This document shows, piece after piece, positions 23,162-31,252 of a stretch of 39,369 bases of DNA. Origin of the DNA: Candidatus Woesearchaeota archaeon (GTDB taxonomy: Archaea > Nanobdellota > Nanobdellia > Pacearchaeales > GW2011-AR1). The stretch lies in the NCBI GenBank assembly GCA_964634225.1, contig CAZWIB010000002.1, positions 1 to 39,369 on the forward strand, read 5' to 3'. A program made the translations under genes and the position numbers. The notes under the pieces were generated by a model that searched no databases, was not told the DNA's origin, and saw only the letters and a program-made list of their open reading frames with translations. Every line of letters starts with the position of its first letter. Position 1 is the stretch's first letter.

Positions 23162-24715
23162 ATGGCAATGAAAGATACTTATGATTACAATTCTAAACAA
23201 GAAGTTAGAGAAGAATTAAGAACTTTTATCAATAAAAATTACTCAAGAGCAGGGCAGAGGAAGAAATTAAAGATTCTTACAATGCTTGGACATGAAGATC
23301 ATGAATTAAAAACAGTTTGGGACCCTTTGGGAATAAAAAGGGAAAATATAACTGTTGTGGAATATAACTCTGAAATTTATGATATTATAAAAAGTAAAAA
23401 TCTCGGAATCAATTTGGTAAAAGGAAGCATAGATGACTATATTCTGAAAACTAAAGATAAATTTGATATTATTAATTTAGATTATCAAGGGTATTATGAT
23501 CCTCGCAAAAGAGATTCTTTGAAAGAAATTTCTTATAGAGAGATTTTAGGAGACAAAGGCATTTTAGCCACATGGTTTTATGGTCGAAGAGAAAATCTTC
23601 GAGCAAAGGCTATGTTTAGTGCCATTAACCCTGCGTTGGATGATTATGATTTTGATAATTCTCTTAATTCAAAAGAAGACGTAATTAGTAGGGATATTTG
23701 TGCTTCTTTTTTAGACGGGCATTTGATAAAAGAGCCCCACCCTTTAATTGATTTTCTTGGACTTAGTGAAGAATATTATGAATATATTAGATCTTCTGAG
23801 AAATATAAGACACAAATTGACCAAATTAAAATTCTTTTGAAAAACCCTACCAAGTATGGTTATGATTTAAATGATTTTAAAAAATCTGCTATAAAAAAGT
23901 CTGGCTTAGACTGGTATAAAATTTTAAACTCTTTCAAAAAATGCAGAAATAAAGCCTTGAATAATGAAAAAATTCTTTTTGCAGAAACTTTACCCTTATA
24001 TTTAATTCATCATAGAAATTCAGGTGTTGAATTTCTTTCCGAAGTTTTAAGTGATGTTGCTGATTTAAATTGTATTCAAGATGGGCCTTTTAAAGATTTC
24101 TCACGAAGTTTAAATATAGAGAGCAGGGCTTTTTTAAAAGATCTTTTTATTAGAAGTAAGGTTTACAGCAATTTTGGGAATTATTTTTCAAGTGATACTT
24201 CTAGATTCAAATATATTAATGATTCTAAAGCACCAATGCTTGTAGATTTTAATTTTTTTAAAAAAATAGAATTTGATTTTTTTGATATCTTGTTGGAGGA
24301 AGGTTTAGCTAAAATCATTCCAAATGAAACTCTTTTTAGAAAAGATCAGAAATTATCTAAAGAAACGCATATTTTTGTAAAAGCTTTATCAGAACCCACT
24401 TCAGTTAGTTCTCCTAGGGTCTTTGTTGGATATAATAATAAATCTAAATCCAATGTAACTATGAAAGAACAAGGAATAAAAGCTGGAAGACCTAAAAAGA
24501 ATTTAGAAGAAAAAGTTGAGAAACCAGAGGTAATTCCATTTGAAACAAAAAAAGAGGAATTATCAAAGAAAGATGCTGTATACTTATTACAAGAAGGATT
24601 TACTCCAAAAGACGTTGCAGAAAATTTTCCCGGAGTTTTTACAGTTGGACAATTAGCTGCACTCAAAGCTTGGTATGTTACAATGGGTAAAGAATTTATA
24701 GAAGAAGCTGCATAA
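23162..24715 (+). CDS. Hypothetical 517-aa protein: Rossmann/methyltransferase-like N-domain, unknown middle, GRPKK + helix-turn-helix-like C-terminus
   Basis: ATG 23162 (MAMKDTYDY) lies 9 nt after AAGGAG and 4 nt after the upstream stop. Strand and motif pattern: KILTMLG / ITVVEYN / NLVKGSIDDY / FDIINLDYQGYYDP (compare the Trm1 motif FDvIDLDPFGS). C-terminus: GRPKKN...DAVYLLQEGFTPKDVAENFPGVFTVGQLAALKAWY. Confidence 0.65.
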   Translation: MAMKDTYDYNSKQEVREELRTFINKNYSRAGQRKKLKILTMLGHEDHELKTVWDPLGIKRENITVVEYNSEIYDIIKSKNLGINLVKGSIDDYILKTKDKFDIINLDYQGYYDPRKRDSLKEISYREILGDKGILATWFYGRRENLRAKAMFSAINPALDDYDFDNSLNSKEDVISRDICASFLDGHLIKEPHPLIDFLGLSEEYYEYIRSSEKYKTQIDQIKILLKNPTKYGYDLNDFKKSAIKKSGLDWYKILNSFKKCRNKALNNEKILFAETLPLYLIHHRNSGVEFLSEVLSDVADLNCIQDGPFKDFSRSLNIESRAFLKDLFIRSKVYSNFGNYFSSDTSRFKYINDSKAPMLVDFNFFKKIEFDFFDILLEEGLAKIIPNETLFRKDQKLSKETHIFVKALSEPTSVSSPRVFVGYNNKSKSNVTMKEQGIKAGRPKKNLEEKVEKPEVIPFETKKEELSKKDAVYLLQEGFTPKDVAENFPGVFTVGQLAALKAWYVTMGKEFIEEAA

Positions 24716-24717
24716 AA

Positions 24718-26451
24718 TCAATAATGAAAATTCCCATTAGAATGAGAAGATAATCTCAACCTTCCTTTACTCTTTTTCATAATTTCTTCTAATCTCTTAA
24801 TATGTTTTTCTTTTTCTTTATCATATCCTTTTTTACTTGTCTTCAAAGTCTTAATCATCTTTCCAACATGTTCTCCACCTAAGAAATTAGGAGTTAAAAC
24901 ATAATTTGCTCCTTTTTTATAAAGTTCAAGTGCTTCATTAATATTAGTAGCTCTAGCAATGATTATAGCATCGGCATTAAGCACACGGATAGATTCTATT
25001 AATAACTTATTAATTTCATAATCTGGAACAGTTGAAATTGCTAAATCAATTTTATCTAATTTCAATTCTTTCAATAATTCAGAATCATCAATATCACCAT
25101 ATAAACATGGAACTCTAAACTTATTCAAAGTAGCAATAGTATCTGGATTAAAATCAACAACCAAATAAGGTTTCTTAAGTTTAGTTAAACTTTTCAAAAT
25201 ATCAAATCCGGTTCTATTATAACCAAACAAAATTGCATCATAATTTCTTTTGAGACGCTTTCTATCTTTTCTAATTTTCTTTCTCTCAAAAACAGAAACT
25301 ACCCCTGACATCATCCGATAAAACTTTTTAGAATAAATTATCATATAAGTTGAACCAAGTATAGTAATTATTAATGTCAAAGTCAAAGTATATAAAATTT
25401 CAGCTGGAATATGTCCCAAAGAAACTCCCAAGATTAAAATAATTAATGAAAACTCGGAAATTTGTGCAAGGGTTGTTCCAACAAGGAAATTCGTTCTTTT
25501 AGTGTATTTAAACATAGCCATAAAACTCATTAAAATTACTGGTTTAAAAATCAAAGCAATCATAGATAAAATAAGAGCATTAACAATAACACTTTTAATT
25601 CCAGCAAGATTAAGATTTAATCCTAAAATTATAAAGAAGATTATTAAGAAAAAATCTCTTAAGGGCCTTATTTTAGCACTTATTTCTATACTATACGGAG
25701 AAATAGACAAAACCATTCCCGCAATTAATGCACCAATTTCAATAGAAAAACCGAAAAAAGAAAATAAAGCTGCAACTAAAAAACACCAACAAATTGAAAA
25801 TAAAAACAAAAGTTCTTGAGACCTTGCAATACCTCTAGTTATTCTTGATAAAACAAAAAACCCAAATAAGAATAAACCAAGAATCAAACCACCTCCAATT
25901 AATATAACATTAATTGCCAAAGTGCCAAAATTAGCTCCACTATTTGTACTTGAAATAAATATTAAAACAAGAATAGCAGTTAAATCCTGAATAATTAAAA
26001 TACCAATAGAAATTTTACCATAAAGAGAATCTAATTGTCTCTTATCTGAAAGTAATTTCATAATAATAATTGTACTACTAAAAGCTAGAGCAAGACCAAT
26101 GTAAAAAGAACTAAGAGCCTCAAATCCAAGTAATCTAAAAGAAATAAGAAATGTCAATATAAAAGTCAAAATCATTTGTCCAAGACCAATTAACAGAGAT
26201 TGTGTACCAATCTCTTTCACAACCTTAGGATTCATATGCAATCCTACAATAAATAAAAGAAAAGCAATACCTATTTTAGAAAAAATATCAATTATATCAG
26301 TGGTCGCACCAAACTTAATAAGGAAAGGACTAACAATAATTCCTGCAATAATATATCCAATAATTATAGGTTGTTTAAATAAACGAACTACATAAGACGC
26401 AAGAAAAGCTATTACCAATATAGCAGCTAATTGAAAAAATATTTCTTCCAT
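24718..26451 (-). CDS. Kef-type monovalent cation:proton antiporter (CPA2) with a C-terminal TrkA-N/RCK-like domain
   Basis: About 380 aa of 12-13 TM helices typical of Na+/H+ exchanger family proteins, then a Rossmann-like AILFGYNRTGFDILKSL...VVDFNP. A strong SD (GGAGGTGA) lies 5 nt upstream of the ATG. Confidence 0.85.
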   Translation of the reverse strand: MEEIFFQLAAILVIAFLASYVVRLFKQPIIIGYIIAGIIVSPFLIKFGATTDIIDIFSKIGIAFLLFIVGLHMNPKVVKEIGTQSLLIGLGQMILTFILTFLISFRLLGFEALSSFYIGLALAFSSTIIIMKLLSDKRQLDSLYGKISIGILIIQDLTAILVLIFISSTNSGANFGTLAINVILIGGGLILGLFLFGFFVLSRITRGIARSQELLFLFSICWCFLVAALFSFFGFSIEIGALIAGMVLSISPYSIEISAKIRPLRDFFLIIFFIILGLNLNLAGIKSVIVNALILSMIALIFKPVILMSFMAMFKYTKRTNFLVGTTLAQISEFSLIILILGVSLGHIPAEILYTLTLTLIITILGSTYMIIYSKKFYRMMSGVVSVFERKKIRKDRKRLKRNYDAILFGYNRTGFDILKSLTKLKKPYLVVDFNPDTIATLNKFRVPCLYGDIDDSELLKELKLDKIDLAISTVPDYEINKLLIESIRVLNADAIIIARATNINEALELYKKGANYVLTPNFLGGEHVGKMIKTLKTSKKGYDKEKEKHIKRLEEIMKKSKGRLRLSSHSNGNFHY

Positions 26452-26521
26452 CTTTCACCTCCAAATTTTAAACAAAAAATACTATAAAAAGGTTTTTAAA
26501 TTAATTTTCAATCTTTCTTAT

Positions 26522-26830
26522 ATGCCATACATAAGAATAAAGTTAAACAGCACAGACATAGAAATGATAGGTTCTATTTGCCAATCTATTAAAGATATGG
26601 CTAAAAAATCAGGAGTTGTAATAAGTGGACCTGTTCCTTTACCAACTAAAAAATTAAAAATCACAACAAGAAAATCTCCATGTGGAGATGGTACTGCAAC
26701 ATTTGATAATTACGAAATGAGAATTCATAAAAGATTAATTGACTTGCCCATGAATGAAAAAATATTAAGACAAATCATGAAAATGCAAATTCCTAAGTCA
26801 GTTAATATTAAAATTGAGATGAAGGATTAA
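26522..26830 (+). CDS. rps10: 30S ribosomal protein S10 (uS10)
   Basis: IRIKLNSTD...VISGPVPLPTKKLKITTRKSPCGDGTATFDNYEMRIHKRLIDL matches the uS10 signature; 102 aa. Confidence 0.9.
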   Translation: MPYIRIKLNSTDIEMIGSICQSIKDMAKKSGVVISGPVPLPTKKLKITTRKSPCGDGTATFDNYEMRIHKRLIDLPMNEKILRQIMKMQIPKSVNIKIEMKD

Positions 26831-27373
26831 ATGAACAAAAAATTCATAGCATTCATAATCATACTAATCATAATTTTTGGGATAGGTGTGATTTATCAAA
26901 ACGCAAAAAACAAAATGACAAAAGTAAAATTAGAAACAAATCAAGGAGATATTGTAATTAACCTTTACTCCGACATGCCAATTACTACAGGTAACTTTGA
27001 AAAACTAGTTTCAGAAGGATTTTATGATGGAGTAATATTTCATAGAATAATTGATGGATTTATGATTCAAGGTGGAGATCCTCAAGGTACAGGAATGGGT
27101 GGCCCAGGATATAACATTGAAGATGAATTTACACATGCAGGTGGAAATAAAAACAATAGGGGAACAATTTCGATGGCAAATGCCGGACCAAACACTGGGG
27201 GTTCACAATTCTTCATAAATTTAGTTGACAATAATTTCTTAGACACAAAACATCCTGCTTTTGGAATGGTAGTTGAAGGAATGGATGTTGTAGACAAAAT
27301 CTCAAAACTACCAAAAGATGCTCAAGATAAACCTTTAGAAGATGTTGTTATTATTAAAGCTTCAATAATATAA
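26831..27373 (+). CDS. Cyclophilin-type peptidyl-prolyl cis-trans isomerase with an N-terminal membrane anchor
   Basis: GFYDGVIFHRIIDGFMIQGGDPQGTGMGGPGY and GTISMANAGPNTGGSQFFINL. TM helix FIAFIIILIIIFGIGVIY at the N-terminus. Its ATG abuts the rps10 stop. Confidence 0.9.
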   Translation: MNKKFIAFIIILIIIFGIGVIYQNAKNKMTKVKLETNQGDIVINLYSDMPITTGNFEKLVSEGFYDGVIFHRIIDGFMIQGGDPQGTGMGGPGYNIEDEFTHAGGNKNNRGTISMANAGPNTGGSQFFINLVDNNFLDTKHPAFGMVVEGMDVVDKISKLPKDAQDKPLEDVVIIKASII

Positions 27374-27376
27374 TTC

Positions 27377-28168
27377 TCAATGAAAATCCTCAGGGCACTT
27401 AAATTTCTTCAGTAAAAATCTAAGCAAACCAGGAAAAATTCTATTCATAAAAAACATTGTTTTTGCAAGTGGAGTGATAACCATCAGGGGTTTTCTCCTT
27501 TTAATGGACTTAATTATTTTTTTTGCAGCACGATTCAAAGAAATCATTTTTGAAGGTTTAGATAAAGCATGCCTATGCCCCTTAGAATCAATAACAGTTT
27601 TACCTCTTTCAACTTCAACTGGTCCAAACAAAAGAGTCCCAACATGCACTCCTTTTTTTGATAGCTCAATATCTAAAAGTTCTGCAAAACCATTTATTGC
27701 TTTTTTAGAAACACTGTATCCTCCGTAACAAGGAAGCCCCCTTATTCCAGATATACTTGAAATAAAAATAATACTGCCCTTAGATTTAATTAGATATTTT
27801 AAAGCATATTTTGTGCAATAAACTGCAGACATCAAATTAATCTCGATAAGACTTTTAAAAGCTACGATATCTGTATCTTCAAATTTGCCTCTAAAACCTT
27901 TTCCAACATTATTAATCAAAATATCAATTTTACCAAACTTCTTCTTTGTTAAATCAACTAATTTCTTACAATTTTTCTCGATAGTTAAATCAAGGGGTAA
28001 AAATAAAGCCCTTTTAGTTCCAAACTGGTTTTGTAAATTTTTTAATTTATCTTTATTTCTTGCAACAAAAACAACTTTCGCACCTAAAGACATTAACTGT
28101 ATTCCTGTTTCCTTTCCAATTCCTTGACTAGAACCAGTTACAATAATCACCTTATTTTTTAAATCCAT
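27377..28168 (-). CDS. Short-chain dehydrogenase/reductase (SDR) family oxidoreductase
   Basis: VIIVTGSSQGIGKETG (TGxxxGxG), NNVG, and the catalytic YSVSK (YxxxK); 263 aa. Confidence 0.85.
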   Translation of the reverse strand: MDLKNKVIIVTGSSQGIGKETGIQLMSLGAKVVFVARNKDKLKNLQNQFGTKRALFLPLDLTIEKNCKKLVDLTKKKFGKIDILINNVGKGFRGKFEDTDIVAFKSLIEINLMSAVYCTKYALKYLIKSKGSIIFISSISGIRGLPCYGGYSVSKKAINGFAELLDIELSKKGVHVGTLLFGPVEVERGKTVIDSKGHRHALSKPSKMISLNRAAKKIIKSIKRRKPLMVITPLAKTMFFMNRIFPGLLRFLLKKFKCPEDFH

Positions 28169-28258
28169 TAAATAAAAAATATAAAAGAGTATATAAAATA
28201 AACTAATACATATATTCTATGATAAGAATTCTTAAAAATAAAATAAATATATACTTTT

Positions 28259-28636
28259 ATGGATGTAAAGTATTTTAAGACAAAACTTTGGGGAGATTGT
28301 TATGTTGCTAATGATGATTACACAAAGATTGTTTGTATTTCTGAAAATGATATAGAGATAACAGAAGATTATCAAAATATTTTTCAAGGGCCTTATAAAG
28401 AAATCAAAGTCGAAGAAAGAGATTTCAAAAAAATGGTGAAATCCGCCCTTAATAAAAAGAGGAAGTCCTTAACAAATGTGTTAAAAAAAGTTCATGAAGA
28501 TAATAAAGGTGTTTTAGATATCTCACAAAATTTCACTATTAAAGTAAGAGGACATTTCTCTAATTATAATGAACAATTAGATAAATCTTCTGTTTGGAGA
28601 AATAATTTTAGGAATAACGCCCCAATTTTAGAATAA
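28259..28636 (+). CDS. Hypothetical protein (125 aa)
   Basis: ORF track only. Confidence 0.4.
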   Translation: MDVKYFKTKLWGDCYVANDDYTKIVCISENDIEITEDYQNIFQGPYKEIKVEERDFKKMVKSALNKKRKSLTNVLKKVHEDNKGVLDISQNFTIKVRGHFSNYNEQLDKSSVWRNNFRNNAPILE

Positions 28637-28745
28637 ATAAAAACACTTGGAGCAATTAATTAAAGAAGCAGAATTCTACAGCACAGTACTATAGCATGAG
28701 ATCAAAAACCAACAACTTTAAAAATAAACCATAATTCTAACTAAA

Positions 28746-29039
28746 ATGGAAAAAGACATCGGTAAAATAAAGAAAAACGATACAACAGATATTGTTATTC
28801 GAGTTGATGACTTTGCAAACAGAAAAGGTTTAACAATACGTGAGTTTGTGACTTCTGATAGATATACAGGTTTCACAAAAGCAGGTGTGAGAATTCTTTC
28901 AGCTGATTTTGCAAAATTCAAAGAAATGATTAACTCAATAACAGAAGAAGACATGAAAGAAGTTGAACAACCTGAAGAACCTAAGGAAGAAGCAAAAGAA
29001 GAAGAGAAACCAGGACAAGAAAAACTTCCAGATTATTAA
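28746..29039 (+). CDS. PC4/YdbC-like putative ssDNA-binding protein with an acidic K/E/P tail
   Basis: DIVIRVDDFANRKGLTIREFV...GFTKAGVRILSADFAKFKEMINSI parallels the PC4 core pattern (V.V..F.G...IDIREyy...KGIsL....w..L...I). Pattern match only. Confidence 0.45.
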   Translation: MEKDIGKIKKNDTTDIVIRVDDFANRKGLTIREFVTSDRYTGFTKAGVRILSADFAKFKEMINSITEEDMKEVEQPEEPKEEAKEEEKPGQEKLPDY

Positions 29040-29041
29040 AA

Positions 29042-29683
29042 CTAATTAATTTTTTTATTCTGTGAAACAACTTTGTTAAAAGCAATTATTTGTAAAAATA
29101 TCACAAGAAAGATTAAAACCAATGCAGGAATTCTAAACCAACTAACTGCTATTTTTTCCCCAAAAAAGAAAAAGTAAATCATATGAAGTGAAACTAAATA
29201 AAAAATAACATAAGTAAAAGATTGAATCCATTTCCAAGATTTACCCCCTAAAGATTTTATTGCACTATCAGAAGAAGTTGCAAACAAAACAAGGGACAAC
29301 AATAATGCTACTAAACCAATTAAATTGGTAAAACCAAACCCAGGATTAACTAAAAAATATTTATTTCCTTCTAAAACATATCCAAAAATTGCTATAAAAT
29401 TCCACTTCACCCAATAATTCAAAAATAAAACAAAATGAATAAAAGCAAGGATAACAAACCAAATTCCTAATTGTCTTCTCCATGGAATTAATTTATATCC
29501 TGGCTTCCATAATCTAGCCAAAGGACCTATCATAAGAGTTAAAGCAAGTAAAACAAAACCAACATCTCCAACAGATCTCCAAAGACCATGAAGTTTAATA
29601 TCTAAATAACCCAACCTAAATAACATAAATAAAGCTAATGAAAATAATGAAACAACAACATGTCTGGCAAATTTGCTTACCAT
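29042..29683 (-). CDS. Six-TM protein, ferric-reductase-like / MsrQ(YedZ)-like transmembrane domain
   Basis: GFVLLALTLMIGPLARLW...IPWRRQLGIWFVILAFIHFVLF with conserved-looking His in helices (FIHF, LHMIYF). Assignment from pattern memory. Confidence 0.45.
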   Translation of the reverse strand: MVSKFARHVVVSLFSLALFMLFRLGYLDIKLHGLWRSVGDVGFVLLALTLMIGPLARLWKPGYKLIPWRRQLGIWFVILAFIHFVLFLNYWVKWNFIAIFGYVLEGNKYFLVNPGFGFTNLIGLVALLLSLVLFATSSDSAIKSLGGKSWKWIQSFTYVIFYLVSLHMIYFFFFGEKIAVSWFRIPALVLIFLVIFLQIIAFNKVVSQNKKIN

Positions 29684-29725
29684 ATATAGAAATATACAAA
29701 ATGGTTTAATAAAGTTTCTTAATAA

Positions 29726-30637
29726 CTAAGAATACATTTTCATAGTGTCTTCAAACTCTGCACCTTTATCATCTTTTAATCTATAAGAATGTTCCCTCAA
29801 AATTTGCATCAAATTATATCTTTCTCTCTTATTTTTTCCTTTAAAAATCTCATAATGAATAGGTTTTCCATAAGTTATAGTAAACGTAGTTTGAGGATTT
29901 TCAAATAATACTTTGGGCTGGTACATAAATTCTAACTCTTCTACAATTTTAAATTTTGAAAACCTATCTAATATTTTCATTCTTTTATAAAACCAGTCAG
30001 GATTTTTAGCATCAAAATATAAAGGAATTATATCTCTTTCTTTTCGTATTACTATAGATGATCCAGATTGCCAATAATTATCTTTTACATTTCCATTCTT
30101 ATCTTTTCTAGAGCATATCCCTGCAGGAAAAGCCAAAATTAATTTATCAGTTTCAGAAATCCTATTTATCTTTTCATAAACTTGTTTACTTTGTCCTTTG
30201 AAACCCCTTACAGGTGTAAAATAACTACCAAAATAATCTTTCAAAAAGTGACCCAATTGTTTACCAACAAAAATTGTAGGTGAAGCATATTTTCCCATAA
30301 CATCCATCAACAAAATTCCATCTAAAGCTCCCAAAGGGTGATTTGATAAAGCAACATAATTTCTACCATTTAATTTTCCATCAACCAAGGGCAAATTTTC
30401 AACTCCTTCTTCAAAAACTTTTAAATTTAAACTTTCAACAACATGTTTATTAAAATCTCCTTCATATTTCCCAGAACCAGAAGATATAATTGCATTAATT
30501 TTATCAAGTTTTACAAATTTAGTTAACCAAGGAGCAAGGGTATTGTTTAAAGCTCCAATCCACGCTTTCTTAAAAGGAAGTTTAGATTTGTTAACTCCCT
30601 CACGAATATATTTTTTAGCACAAATAAGATCTGTCAT
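29726..30637 (-). CDS. PlsC-superfamily (lysophospholipid/glycerol-phosphate) acyltransferase-like protein
   Basis: YVALSNHPLGALDGILLM (NHx(n)D block) and AFPAGICSRKD (the FPEG-like block in PlsC relatives); 303 aa. Confidence 0.55.
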   Translation of the reverse strand: MTDLICAKKYIREGVNKSKLPFKKAWIGALNNTLAPWLTKFVKLDKINAIISSGSGKYEGDFNKHVVESLNLKVFEEGVENLPLVDGKLNGRNYVALSNHPLGALDGILLMDVMGKYASPTIFVGKQLGHFLKDYFGSYFTPVRGFKGQSKQVYEKINRISETDKLILAFPAGICSRKDKNGNVKDNYWQSGSSIVIRKERDIIPLYFDAKNPDWFYKRMKILDRFSKFKIVEELEFMYQPKVLFENPQTTFTITYGKPIHYEIFKGKNKRERYNLMQILREHSYRLKDDKGAEFEDTMKMYS

Positions 30638-30685
30638 AATAACGGAATATAGAAAGTTTATATAAATATTTATGAGTTATAGTTA

Positions 30686-30982
30686 TTAATAACTTGGCAT
30701 CAATTCGTTATGACCAAATTGAATAATTAAATCTATGTTTAATTTTTCTAATCCGACCGGAGTATCACAAGCACCATAACAACTACCAAACCATATCAAA
30801 AACTCAGATTTAGTTTTTTCTCTCAAATAGTCTACAACAACGGTTGCATAGGGTTTCAAACCATCAGGAAATTGCAATAAAACCAATTTACATTTATTTT
30901 TATTAATATTATCAATAACTTTATCTAATTCTAAATCATATTTTTTACTTAAATCATTGATACTTTTAACATTCATAACCAC
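30686..30982 (-). CDS. dph2: Dph2 (2-(3-amino-3-carboxypropyl)histidine synthase) N-terminal fragment, 98 aa; truncated, possibly a pseudogene or split gene
   Basis: KLVLLQFPDGLKPYA...FGSCYGACDTPVGLEKLNIDLIIQFGHNEL aligns to roughly the first 85 residues of archaeal Dph2 (vLiQ.PeGL...yGACD...lihlGHs). It ends in the double stop TAATAA, and the next gene starts 48 nt later. Confidence 0.6.
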   Translation of the reverse strand: MVMNVKSINDLSKKYDLELDKVIDNINKNKCKLVLLQFPDGLKPYATVVVDYLREKTKSEFLIWFGSCYGACDTPVGLEKLNIDLIIQFGHNELMPSY

Positions 30983-31053
30983 TAAAATTACTCTTCTTTT
31001 TTATAATTTTTGGATAGTAAGAAACACTTAAATAGAACTAAAACTCAATAAAA

Positions 31054-31109
31054 GTGTCTGACTTCGGTTGGACACGGAGAGTTTTGAAGCTTCGGTTTTT
31101 TAACTCTCC
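31054..31109 (+). ncRNA. Candidate structured RNA: two adjacent hairpins, each capped by a C(UUCG)G tetraloop
   Basis: GTGTCTGAC-TTCG-GTTGGACAC (9 bp including 2 G-U; 31054-31075) is immediately followed by GGAGAGTTTTGAAGC-TTCG-GTTTTTTAACTCTCC (31076-31109). Both share the 8-mer CTTCGGTT. The pair sits between divergent promoters and is followed by a T-rich ACTTATATTTTT. Confidence 0.35.
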
Positions 31110-31252
31110 ACTTATATTTTTAAGAAAAATTTATCGTGTTTTGTGTATATTATAATTATTTGTAATACCAAATCTACTTTTCTAGAGCCTTTTTCTTACA
31201 TTTTTTTTTATTAAATGTCAAGCTTTAAAAATAAATTTCCACTTGAAAATAT

